Shown here: piece by piece, positions 39,496 to 48,570 of the stretch | Layout of the letters: every line of letters starts with the position of its first letter | Position numbering within the stretch: the first letter of the stretch is position 1 | IMG/VR virus record: IMGVR_UViG_3300032294_001352 | Span: 1 to 64,000 of that record | Source of the DNA: a virus | Length of the DNA stretch: 64,000 nucleotides | Reading direction: 5' to 3' (one strand) | Made by a program: the position numbers and the translations under genes | Notes under the pieces: generated by a model | Seen by the model: the letters and a program-made list of their open reading frames with translations, nothing else | The model's database searches: none | Told to the model about the DNA's origin: nothing

Positions 39496-42400
39496 CTACT
39501 TTTTTTTTCCGGCCGGTGGATAGGTGTTCTTGGCCGGTGCCTGCAAGTCACGCTTCTTTCCCTGCTTGACTCCAATAGATGGCACGAACGCAGACGTGAT
39601 GTCTTTTTTCATGCCAGCCTTTTGCCGCAGTACTTCCGCTCCGGTGGATTGGTTCTTGGGTGACATGATGTTCTTGGGCATGGCCGTAGTATCACTCATG
39701 GCCTTACTCACTTTGCGTGCAGCCGTGCTACGACCACCAGACGTGTTGACGCGCACCGTTGACGTGCTGTGTGTGCCAGCACCGTAGCCAGGTACAGACC
39801 ACGCAAGATCACTTCCTTTGCCGCCAACATAACTTGGGCCTTGGTCCGTGGCCACTCGACCAGTGTACGTTCCTTTTGGCGTTGGCACTGGTGTGCTTTG
39901 TGGGGGCACAGCGCGCTTCTTCACAGGAGTAGCACGCTTTGCCATCTTCTGTGTGCCAATCAAATCCACAGGATCAGCAAACGTCTTTTGCTCCGTGCTC
40001 AGTTTTGGTTGTGACGTGCTTGCCGCACGCTTCTTCATAGGAGTAGCAGCCTTTTTCATGTTCACTCCGTGTTTTGATGATAACGCTTGTAAGTCTGACT
40101 GGGCTTTGCTGATGGCAGCCTGCTTCTTTAAGTCAGAGGAAATAGCACTGAGCGCAATCTGACGATCGTATCCGGTGCGTTTTGGACCACGATCACTCAC
40201 ACCCTTTGACGGTGGGGCTGTGTAGCGTGTTGGTTCTGGCTTTGAGGCAACCGTTGGCGTAGGTGCTGGTGTTGCTGCAGGTGTAGGAGTAGGCGCACTA
40301 GGCATGTTGGCCTCACCTGCACTTGGCGTAGGTGCTGGTGTTGGCGTAGTGGCAGGCTTTGGCGTAGCATATTGCTTGGCCTTGTTCTTGTTCCATGACG
40401 CAGTGCGCTTGGACCACTCTTCATAGGCCTTCCGATTGGCTTCCATCTGTGCAGCCGTTGGTCCAGGCTTGGTTGACGGTGGCTGAGTTGTACCAGTTGG
40501 CTTTGCCGCACTTCCTGATGTCATTGGGCCTTTTGGCAGTGACGTGTACGGTGGCGCAGGCCGTGCCTTTTCCTTTGGTGTTGACGTGGCCACAGGTGGC
40601 TTCCCAGACGTAGCAGGTGCACTCGGCTTTGTACCAGTTGGCTGTGCGGAACTGGTTGGTTTAGTCGTTGACGTAGCAACAGGTGGCCGTGTGGTAGACG
40701 TAGGAGCACCTAATCCCACATCACCGGCTGCCGCAGTTGGCCGTGGCGTGTACGTAGGAATGCTAGTGCCAGTTGGTCGTGGACTACTCGTTGGCACAGA
40801 AGTACTTGTTGGCTGCTTTGTGCTGGTTGATCGTGGCGTACTTGTGGCCAGATTCCCACCGGATTTTGGCGTTGCTGTGGTGGTCAAGCCGACATCACCG
40901 GCTGCCGCAGTCGGACGCGGAGTACTGCTCGGCTGAATGGTGCTTGTTGGCCGTGGCGTATTGGTCGGAATCGTCGTGCTTGACGGCCGTGGTGTGCTTG
41001 TTGGCTGCGGAGTATTGGTTGACGTGCGCGTGCTTGTTGCAGTACGCGTGTTACTGGCTGTTGGAGTCTGAGTGATGATGGTTGGTTCAATCAAATCAGA
41101 CTCAACTTCTTCAATGGTACGAGTATTGGTGGCCGTTGGCGAACGTGTGCCAGTCGCGGTTGACGTGGCCGTGGCTGTCGGCGAGCGAGTACCAGTTACT
41201 GTGGCTGTCGGTGTTTCCGTGGCACCAGTAGGTGTTGGCGTGCGTGTTCCTCGGGTGGCCAGTTCCGTTTCTGCCGCACGTACTTTCCCTTTTTCCTGCT
41301 CATACCGGCCTTGCGATCCGTAGATGTCATAGTAGGAAGTACCGTATGGCACTTCAATGTTTCGTGTGGGATACGCAGTGCGCGTAGCCGTGGCCGTAGG
41401 AGTGGATGTTGGCGTGCTAGTAGCCGTGGCAGTTTCCGTTGACGTAGCCGTTGGCGTTGGTGTGAACGTCATACCTGGCGGCAAACCAGTATCTTCCGTA
41501 GGTGATGGTGTAGCCGTTGGTGTAGCCGTTGGTGTAGTCGTTGGTGTGGCTGTGGTTGCTGATGTAGCCGTAGCCGGTAAGCCATCATCAGACATCCGAC
41601 TGCGACCACTTCGTGCGCTATAGCGTTGCGTGGTCTTTGCTGGTCGTGCCTTGGTCACCTGCTTGGCTTTGGCCATCTTTGGAGTCATTGGTACGTTCAT
41701 GGACCACTCAATCGTTGGTTCTGCCGCACCCATGCGTGTGACGTGACGATCCTCACGCTCTTTCTTGAAGTCTTTGACTGACTTTGGTGTGTTGAGTTTG
41801 ACACCCTTTTTCATGGTGGTAGCCTTTGCACTGAGCGCAATCTGACGATCATATCCAGTACGCTTTGGACCACGGTCACTCACGCCTTTAGGAGCAGGAG
41901 CACCGGTGGTCAACCGAGTGCGTGGTGGTGTGGGATTAGCAGCCGGAGTTGGCGTGGGAGCAGGTGCTAGAGCAGTTGTTGCCGCAGGTGCTGGTGCTGG
42001 AGCGGATGGCTTATCAATTCCTACATCACCAGACGCAGCCGACGGCTTGGGTGCAGCGTACTGTTGTGACTTTGTTTTGTTCCATGTAGCAGTGCGCTTT
42101 GCCCATGACTCATAGGCCTTACGGTTGGCCTCCATTTGCTCCGGTGTTGGACTAGGCTTAGATGCGCCAGTTCCTGGCCGATCTGACTTTGGACCTGCCG
42201 CAGTAGCAGAGTAATCACTAGGTGAGCGCCCACTTGCATTTGGCGTGGCCGTTGGCGTGGCCGTAGATGGTGGCTGTGTACCTGATCGTTTTGCAGGAGC
42301 ACGAGTGGCAGTACGTGTTGGCGTACGAGTAGGAGTTCGTGTTTTGGCTTGTGCTGTCTGCGTCTTTTGCCGCACAGCCGTCTGTGTCTTCTGCGGATTA

Positions 42401-42897
42401 GTTTGAGTAGCAGTACGAGTAGCAGTACGAGTAGCCGTGCGTGAGGCCGTTGGCGTAAACGTTGGGGCTACCGTGGTCGCTGTGAGTGACGGTGTTGATG
42501 TTGTAGTTGGCGTAGCCGTATCCGTAGGCACACGCGTGTACGTAGGTGACGGTGTGCGTGTGCTGGTTGGTGTGGTGGTAGGCGTACCAGTAGCCGTAGC
42601 CGTGTTAGTCGGTGTACTAGTACTTGTAGCCGTATTGGTAGCCGTGGCCGTTGTTGACGGAGTTGGCGTGGATGACGGAGTAGGAGTGGAAGTGCTTTGC
42701 ACTGGTGGTTTGGATGTTGGTCGCGGTGCCCATCGTGGTGCCGCAATTCCACTATCAGGAGTTGGTGTGATTGTTGACGGTGGCTGCGTTGATCCAATAG
42801 TAGCAGACCGACGCACTACTTTCCGTTTTTGCACCTTAGCGTTTGAAAGTGTCTTCTTCATATCTGTCCTTTGTGCAACAGGGGAATCAGCACTCAA
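39496..42897 (-). CDS. 1133-aa Thr/Pro/Lys-rich disordered protein with internal duplications
   Basis: Long open frame; TPT repeats; duplicated MEANRKAYE.W.KRTA.WNK and KGVSDRGPKRTGYDRQIALSA blocks; start could instead be 42861. Confidence 0.75.
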   Translation of the reverse strand: MSADSPVAQRTDMKKTLSNAKVQKRKVVRRSATIGSTQPPSTITPTPDSGIAAPRWAPRPTSKPPVQSTSTPTPSSTPTPSTTATATNTATSTSTPTNTATATGTPTTTPTSTRTPSPTYTRVPTDTATPTTTSTPSLTATTVAPTFTPTASRTATRTATRTATQTNPQKTQTAVRQKTQTAQAKTRTPTRTPTRTATRAPAKRSGTQPPSTATPTATPNASGRSPSDYSATAAGPKSDRPGTGASKPSPTPEQMEANRKAYESWAKRTATWNKTKSQQYAAPKPSAASGDVGIDKPSAPAPAPAATTALAPAPTPTPAANPTPPRTRLTTGAPAPKGVSDRGPKRTGYDRQIALSAKATTMKKGVKLNTPKSVKDFKKEREDRHVTRMGAAEPTIEWSMNVPMTPKMAKAKQVTKARPAKTTQRYSARSGRSRMSDDGLPATATSATTATPTTTPTATPTATPSPTEDTGLPPGMTFTPTPTATSTETATATSTPTSTPTATATRTAYPTRNIEVPYGTSYYDIYGSQGRYEQEKGKVRAAETELATRGTRTPTPTGATETPTATVTGTRSPTATATSTATGTRSPTATNTRTIEEVESDLIEPTIITQTPTASNTRTATSTRTSTNTPQPTSTPRPSSTTIPTNTPRPTSTIQPSSTPRPTAAAGDVGLTTTATPKSGGNLATSTPRSTSTKQPTSTSVPTSSPRPTGTSIPTYTPRPTAAAGDVGLGAPTSTTRPPVATSTTKPTSSAQPTGTKPSAPATSGKPPVATSTPKEKARPAPPYTSLPKGPMTSGSAAKPTGTTQPPSTKPGPTAAQMEANRKAYEEWSKRTASWNKNKAKQYATPKPATTPTPAPTPSAGEANMPSAPTPTPAATPAPTPTVASKPEPTRYTAPPSKGVSDRGPKRTGYDRQIALSAISSDLKKQAAISKAQSDLQALSSKHGVNMKKAATPMKKRAASTSQPKLSTEQKTFADPVDLIGTQKMAKRATPVKKRAVPPQSTPVPTPKGTYTGRVATDQGPSYVGGKGSDLAWSVPGYGAGTHSTSTVRVNTSGGRSTAARKVSKAMSDTTAMPKNIMSPKNQSTGAEVLRQKAGMKKDITSAFVPSIGVKQGKKRDLQAPAKNTYPPAGKKK

Positions 42898-42935
42898 GCC
42901 GACTCCCCTGCTACCGTTGCCGCACTTAATGCTAC

Positions 42936-43928
42936 TTATTCACTCTTGCGACGTTTGCTCATCTTGCGAACTGGTGGCTTTATGTTTGGCACAGGCATCG
43001 TGGTATCTGGTCGCCGAGTTGGCGTTGGCTTTGGATACACAGGCATTGTGGTATCCGGCTTGCGAGTTGGCTTGGGCATTGGTGGTGGAGGAAGTGCCTT
43101 GCTCATCTTCTTTGCCGCACTACCCTTGCTGCCAACGTTCTTGGCACTTGTTGGTCGGCCCATGATGGCACCAGATGGCATTTGCTCTACGACCATGGGC
43201 TTCTTTGCATTAGCAGCCGACATCATAGGAGCAGCATCATTCCATCGCTGCGCATCAATTTTGTCTTTGTTGCCTTTGCTCATCATGCCTTTTTTCGTAT
43301 TGAACATGACCAACTTCTTGTCAATCTCGCTTTTGGTTGACTTGCCGCCCTTACTCATCTTAGTCGGATGTGACTCAGGTGCTTTCTGGCCATCAATGTA
43401 CGCGCCTTGGCCTTTACCCATTCCCATTCCACGACTCATTCCAACTGGTTTGCCGCCACTCATGACTGGTCGTGTGATAGGTTTTGGTGCTGGCATTGGT
43501 CGTGGCTGATTTGGCATTCCAGGCATAGGCATTCCAGGCTTTGGTGGCATTGTCACCTTGCTCATACCCTTGGCCATCTTACCCATCCCACCACACTTAC
43601 ACATAGCACCCTTGCGCATCTTACTGCCGCACTCAGGACAACTCATACCCTTGGCCATTTTGCCATAGGTATCCATCTCCACAAGGAGATCTGGATCGTA
43701 ATCACGGATAACATCCTTTTCACTGCGATACGCAGCATCCTCTTTCTTCTTACGAGGCATGGGCTTTCCTTTCTGAAACGGATTCATTCCGCTCCGCAAA
43801 TCCACCGGTGGCGTGCGCATCAGTGATGAACTGGTGTTGAACACGCCTGACTGCGGCATTGGACTAGATACTATCGTGCCACGAAGTGGCGTACGATACA
43901 GTGGAGATTGATCACGACGCTTATTCAT
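42936..43928 (-). CDS. Basic Met/Lys/Pro-rich protein with repeated KMxKG motifs
   Basis: Open frame; alternative start at 43760 with AAAGGA RBS; CPEC/CKC mini-finger. Confidence 0.65.
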   Translation of the reverse strand: MNKRRDQSPLYRTPLRGTIVSSPMPQSGVFNTSSSLMRTPPVDLRSGMNPFQKGKPMPRKKKEDAAYRSEKDVIRDYDPDLLVEMDTYGKMAKGMSCPECGSKMRKGAMCKCGGMGKMAKGMSKVTMPPKPGMPMPGMPNQPRPMPAPKPITRPVMSGGKPVGMSRGMGMGKGQGAYIDGQKAPESHPTKMSKGGKSTKSEIDKKLVMFNTKKGMMSKGNKDKIDAQRWNDAAPMMSAANAKKPMVVEQMPSGAIMGRPTSAKNVGSKGSAAKKMSKALPPPPMPKPTRKPDTTMPVYPKPTPTRRPDTTMPVPNIKPPVRKMSKRRKSE

Positions 43929-44133
43929 CCCAGTGCTTTCGTGGGCGCTGGTATGAACCAACTTGCAAGTGCTTGACGGACACCTCACGCAGTTTCTCTG
44001 GAAACGTGTCAAACGTCTGTGCCTTTGGTGGTGTCCGGTAGTTGGGCGCACGTTGGCCAAATGCATTGGCCTCATTGTACGTGCTGGCTTGCGGCACCTT
44101 GGTGTTAGCAGTCGTGCTTGATGGCTTAGACAT
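43921..44133 (-). CDS. Small basic protein
   Basis: Shares VSV..LQVGSY with 44794-45744. Confidence 0.6.
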   Translation of the reverse strand: MSKPSSTTANTKVPQASTYNEANAFGQRAPNYRTPPKAQTFDTFPEKLREVSVKHLQVGSYQRPRKHWDE

Positions 44134-44136
44134 CTG

Positions 44137-44793
44137 CTAGCCTTTCTTGCGTGGGCGCATCGCCTTGGTCAGATCTGCACTTGCAGGCTTCCCATTGATG
44201 AATGCGCCTTGGCCTTTTGCCATCTTCTGTGAAGTACTTCCTTTGCTGCCCACGTTCTTTGCGCTAGTTGGCCGAGCAAGGATTTTTCCTTTGTTTGGGC
44301 CTTTGCTATCTAGGCTAGATGGCTGCATGGTAACGACAAGTGGACCTTGCTTTGCATTTGCCGCACTCATATTGTTGGCTGTGTTGGCCCATTGTTGTGC
44401 ATCTTGCATTGCTTGACCACGAGGCGTTCGTTTGATTCCACCCCAGTACACCTCAGTGTCTTTGGGATTTTGAGGAATATTCACGACTTTACTGACTTTG
44501 CGATTTGATGACGTTGATGATGCCGCACTCTTGACCATTCCTTTGGTTCGTCCACGATTAGGTTTGGCGCGCGACTCAAACATCATTGGTTCTTTCTCAG
44601 TGTAATACCGAGTACCAGTCTGATTGGAGATAGCGCGTGCTGGAACTTCTTGCATCATCATTCCAGCCGTGTTCTTTCCCTCAAGTTTTGCACCTGCAGC
44701 AGCCCAGTTCCTTGCCTCTTGCCGCACGCGTGGCAGTGGCGTTGCATCCTCAATAGGTTCAGTATTGCGTCGCTTCTTCATTGTGCTCTCCAC
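44137..44793 (-). CDS. Basic low-complexity protein
   Basis: Shares MSAANAK, RPTSAKNVGSKGS and KGQGA.I.G with 42936-43928. Confidence 0.65.
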   Translation of the reverse strand: MESTMKKRRNTEPIEDATPLPRVRQEARNWAAAGAKLEGKNTAGMMMQEVPARAISNQTGTRYYTEKEPMMFESRAKPNRGRTKGMVKSAASSTSSNRKVSKVVNIPQNPKDTEVYWGGIKRTPRGQAMQDAQQWANTANNMSAANAKQGPLVVTMQPSSLDSKGPNKGKILARPTSAKNVGSKGSTSQKMAKGQGAFINGKPASADLTKAMRPRKKG

Positions 44794-45744
44794 TTATTTC
44801 TCTGACGGAGTGTTACCAGCCTTGGGATTGGTCTTGTATGAACCAACCTGCAGCCGTGACACGCTCACATCCTTAAAGCCACGATCCGGCACGTTGTCAT
44901 TGGTTTCCGTGTACTGCGTCTTCTTTGCGGCATTCAAGCCTTTGGTCCACGGACCACGACCAGTCTGCGTCTTTCCGGCCTCATACGAACCAACTTCCAA
45001 CCGGCTAATGCTTGGAGTCTTAGCATCCGTTGGATTGGCAATCTTCTGAATACGATCCCCGTTACCCATGGTGGTCATTCCTTTCTTGATGGTAGCAGTA
45101 CGCTGCCCAGTTGTCATACCTTTTTCCATCTTTGCCGCATCTTTACCACGAGGCATTCTGATGGGTGGAAGTATATCCCGATATTTGGTGTGCAACTCAT
45201 AAAAGTTGTACTTCCCTGGCTTGATGGTAACACCCTTGAATGTTACCGGTTTCTTCAGTTCAAAATTACCCCTGTCATCTGGTTGCGTAGCGATTGGTTT
45301 TAACCACGCTGGTAATTGTGGAAACTTAGATGGTTTTGGTCGTGGATTATTTGGATTCCAAAGATTCCTATCATCTTGTGCCGCAGGTTTAGGTGCACTT
45401 ACACTTGCACTTGATGATGGCTTAGGAGCAGGTGTTGACGTTGGCTTTGGAGCGGATACCGTTGACGTTGGTGTACTTACTCGTGGTGGTGTCATGCGTG
45501 ATGCAACCGTAGGAGCAGGAGTAACTGCCGCTTGCACAGTAGGCTTGGGTAACTGTGGAGTTGCAGATGGCATTGACTGAGATGGTTTGGCTGGCTGAAA
45601 TGGGAGCAACGGCTTTCCATACTGGGGCTTGGTTGATCCCTGATTCATAGGTATTGCAGCGTTCTTGTGCATCCGCTTGTTCGCACAGGTGCAATTCTTC
45701 ATGCCGCATACCGGACAAATCCCCTTGCGCGTATGTTTGGCCAA
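44794..45744 (-). CDS. Basic Pro-rich protein
   Basis: CPVC..KNCTC N-terminus; two S.SRL.VGSY repeats; AAAGGGGGTG RBS. Confidence 0.65.
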   Translation of the reverse strand: MAKHTRKGICPVCGMKNCTCANKRMHKNAAIPMNQGSTKPQYGKPLLPFQPAKPSQSMPSATPQLPKPTVQAAVTPAPTVASRMTPPRVSTPTSTVSAPKPTSTPAPKPSSSASVSAPKPAAQDDRNLWNPNNPRPKPSKFPQLPAWLKPIATQPDDRGNFELKKPVTFKGVTIKPGKYNFYELHTKYRDILPPIRMPRGKDAAKMEKGMTTGQRTATIKKGMTTMGNGDRIQKIANPTDAKTPSISRLEVGSYEAGKTQTGRGPWTKGLNAAKKTQYTETNDNVPDRGFKDVSVSRLQVGSYKTNPKAGNTPSEK

Positions 45745-45820
45745 AGCATCACCCCCTTTCAGTGAATTGTACTCTATACGTATAATAAATCATACGTCAA
45801 TAGATTGTATGGAGGAATAG

Positions 45821-46366
45821 ATGGCAAAGCAGCAGAAAACATCACCAAAAGCCATAAAAGCAGCAGAAACTGCGTTGCGTGCCTTGGAACTGCGTAAGGC
45901 CGGAGCAACCTACGAAACCATAGCCCAGATGCTCGGCTATGCGTCTAAGTCAACGGCTTTCACGGCTGTCAACAGAATCATGAGTCAAACCAAACGCGAG
46001 GCAACCAAAGAAGCGTTTGAGATGGAACTGCGGCGCCTAGATGATTTGATGATGACGCTCTGGCCACTGGCGCGTGCTGGTGACAACATGGCTGCCATTG
46101 ATCGAGTGCTCAGAATCATGGAACGTCGTGCCAAACTGCTTGGCCTAGACGCACCTGAGAAATCACAGCAGCAGATTCAGCAGATTATCCGTGTGCAGTA
46201 TGAAGACGTACAATTCCAGCCCACGGAGTTTGAACCAGATGTTCCACTGCCGCAGTTAAACGCACCAACCGTAGAAGTGGTCTACGAGGATGAGGCTGAA
46301 GAAACACTTGATGATGAGCATATGATAGAAGAAGATGAACAAGATGATGACGATCGTGAGGATTGA
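45821..46366 (+). CDS. Terminase small subunit
   Basis: ALELRKAGATYETIAQMLG HTH...ELRRLD.L...AIDRVLRIMERRAKLLGLDAP. Confidence 0.75.
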   Translation: MAKQQKTSPKAIKAAETALRALELRKAGATYETIAQMLGYASKSTAFTAVNRIMSQTKREATKEAFEMELRRLDDLMMTLWPLARAGDNMAAIDRVLRIMERRAKLLGLDAPEKSQQQIQQIIRVQYEDVQFQPTEFEPDVPLPQLNAPTVEVVYEDEAEETLDDEHMIEEDEQDDDDRED

Positions 46367-46368
46367 TT

Positions 46369-46827
46369 ATGGGGCGCAATCGAAAAAAGTCTGGCGTAGG
46401 CGCAGTGACTGCGGCACCGGCACCACCGGAGCGTGGTGGTGAGCGTGTGCGAATGGATCGTGCGTTCAATCAACTTCCGGTGGATCGCATCATTCAAGAA
46501 CTGCGTGACAACGTCAGTTTTAACCTACCAGACGTAGAAGACACGTACCGTGAGCGTGACACCGGATTCTCTATAGATAACCGTCAGGAAATGCAAGACT
46601 TCATTGACCAGTTGATGAGTGCGAAGCGGCAAGATGGTTCATGGGATATGAACGCACTGGATGCAGCAGCGCAATACTTCCAAGACGCTCCGTCACGCGA
46701 AGTGTTTTTCCCTGATAATAAAGCAAGAATTGGTGACTTTGGTGAGGAACTGGCTGGCTTCTTACGAGATGTGCGGCAAGCGTATGAACGTGGTGGTGAC
46801 GAGGCAGTTCGTCAGTTAGGAGTGTAG
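46369..46827 (+). CDS. MGRNR-tagged protein 7
   Basis: MGRNRKKSGVGAV; shares R..DG...M.A..AAAQ with protein 4. Confidence 0.75.
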   Translation: MGRNRKKSGVGAVTAAPAPPERGGERVRMDRAFNQLPVDRIIQELRDNVSFNLPDVEDTYRERDTGFSIDNRQEMQDFIDQLMSAKRQDGSWDMNALDAAAQYFQDAPSREVFFPDNKARIGDFGEELAGFLRDVRQAYERGGDEAVRQLGV

Positions 46828-46828
46828 T

Positions 46829-47725
46829 ATGCCATTTGTGATGCAAGAGCGACCAGACGGCCGGATTAACGTCGTCAATCCAATTACTGGGGAAGTCAAA
46901 GGCACGCACAAGAACAAGCGGCAAGCGTTGGCACAGATGCGTGCGTTGTACGCCAATGTACCAGATGCAATGCAGAAGCGTCGTAACAATGAACCGACCA
47001 ATCCGCAACTGTGGATGCAGGCCAAGAACCAGGCTAAGCGTCGATTCACGGTGTATCCATCAGCCTATGCCAATGCGTGGGCAGCACGGTGGTATAAGGA
47101 GCATGGAGGTGGATGGAAAGAAGCATCATCACCACCGACGGAAACGCGTGATCCACGGAGCGTACAGAAAGATCTGCGTGAGTGGTTTAAGGAAGACTGG
47201 GTGGACATCTCTAAGCCTATCCGTGAGAACGGAAAGATTGTTGGCTATGAGCAATGCGGCAGGGCTGAGGCTGAGGCCTCTGAGGGTGGTTATCCCAAGT
47301 GTCTGCCCAAAGCCAAAGCAATGAAGTTGTCAGAGATGGACCGGTTGAAACTGATTGCACGGAAGCGTCGTGCTGGTACGCCAACGGATGGCAAACCTAT
47401 CATGACAAGCAGCATGACGAAGAAAGCGGCAACGGCTAAGGCACTCTTACAGAAGATGCAGCGGATGTATCAACCTGAGGAATGGGTGGACATTACCAAG
47501 CCTATCCGTGACAACGCAGGATTGATTGTGGGCTTTCAAGATGTCACCTACAAAAAGGAAGCCAAGTTTCCTATGCGTCGTCAGCAGGCTGTCAAGATGA
47601 CGGAGCAAGAGCGGCAAGCACTTATCCGCAATCGCTTTGGCCACATGCTTACGGATGATGGTGTACCAGTTGCGTCAAAGAAAGAAAAGACCATGAAGAA
47701 GTATGGTCGGTACAAGCGTCAGTAG
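46829..47725 (+). CDS. DUF5872-like basic multi-module phage protein
   Basis: YPSAYANAWAARWYKEHGGGW; LREWFKEDWVDI..P; CGR...YPKCLP; WVDI.KPIR occurs twice. Confidence 0.6.
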   Translation: MPFVMQERPDGRINVVNPITGEVKGTHKNKRQALAQMRALYANVPDAMQKRRNNEPTNPQLWMQAKNQAKRRFTVYPSAYANAWAARWYKEHGGGWKEASSPPTETRDPRSVQKDLREWFKEDWVDISKPIRENGKIVGYEQCGRAEAEASEGGYPKCLPKAKAMKLSEMDRLKLIARKRRAGTPTDGKPIMTSSMTKKAATAKALLQKMQRMYQPEEWVDITKPIRDNAGLIVGFQDVTYKKEAKFPMRRQQAVKMTEQERQALIRNRFGHMLTDDGVPVASKKEKTMKKYGRYKRQ

Positions 47726-47739
47726 CACTGAGGAAACAC

Positions 47740-48567
47740 ATGGGAAGAAATCGCAAACCATCTCGGGAAGTTGCAGCACCTGCGGCAAGTGTGGAGTCCG
47801 TGAGCAAACGGATTAACACCACGCTTGAAGACGCACTCTGGTCCATGTCCACACAAGGCCTCATCTATGATGGCGAGTACGTGGTGCGTGACAATCTGGC
47901 CGACGAAGCCTTTCGAGATGGAATGCGTTATCTGGGGCTGAATCCAGATCGGCCTCGCGATGTGGAGATTATTGCGGCAGCCATAGGAATCTTTGGCGAG
48001 GAAGAAAGTGACATCTACGTGCGCCCAGCAGATGCTCAGTACGATATGGGAATCATATCCATGAGCATGGCTGCAGAAGCCCAACGTGGATTCAAAGTGC
48101 TGCCAGATAAAGTGGTCGTGGAAAACGTGTCATTTGCCAAAGGCCTCACTCCGTCAGACAACATTGGCTATGCAATGCTCGTGCGGCAAGCGTGGGCACT
48201 CCGAAAGATCGGTGAGCGATTAGGCAAACCAGTGGTAGTCAGCACGTCAGCACTCAGTGATGATGACTACTGGAAAGGCGTGCAAGTGTGGCCAAAGATG
48301 GGCTACAACTTCCCACTCACAGGTATTATCCGTGAGCGTGCCATGGCCAATGGCTTCCAAGCACGCAACACTCCGGAACTGATGACTGAAGTCAATGCCG
48401 CAGGCGAAACAGGATACGATGCGTGGGGCAGGATCGTTAGTGAGGCGTTGAAATACATGCCAGACAAAGAACTCCGTATCCGTGGCAGCATGACGGTGAC
48501 GGATGACAATGATACTGGACTTCAGGTGTTGTTGAACTATGGGCGGCAAAAAGGAATATTGGAGTAG
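47740..48567 (+). CDS. MGRNR-tagged protein 8, GNAT-like
   Basis: MGRNRKP; IGYAMLVRQA...GVQVWPKMGYNF. Confidence 0.65.
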   Translation: MGRNRKPSREVAAPAASVESVSKRINTTLEDALWSMSTQGLIYDGEYVVRDNLADEAFRDGMRYLGLNPDRPRDVEIIAAAIGIFGEEESDIYVRPADAQYDMGIISMSMAAEAQRGFKVLPDKVVVENVSFAKGLTPSDNIGYAMLVRQAWALRKIGERLGKPVVVSTSALSDDDYWKGVQVWPKMGYNFPLTGIIRERAMANGFQARNTPELMTEVNAAGETGYDAWGRIVSEALKYMPDKELRIRGSMTVTDDNDTGLQVLLNYGRQKGILE

Positions 48568-48570
48568 CAC

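Noticed and set aside
40100-42700. Short tandem DNA repeats such as GTAGCCGTTGGT and GTAGCAGTACGA as a possible CRISPR or DGR array
   Set aside because: They are in-frame codon repeats of TPT/TAT/TRT peptides, with no constant repeat-spacer structure and no cas or reverse transcriptase gene.
39524-45580. Many + strand ORFs rich in Val/Gly/Ala (e.g. 42437-43165, 42871-43509)
   Set aside because: They are antisense shadows of the T/P/K-rich minus-strand genes and lack convincing RBSs.
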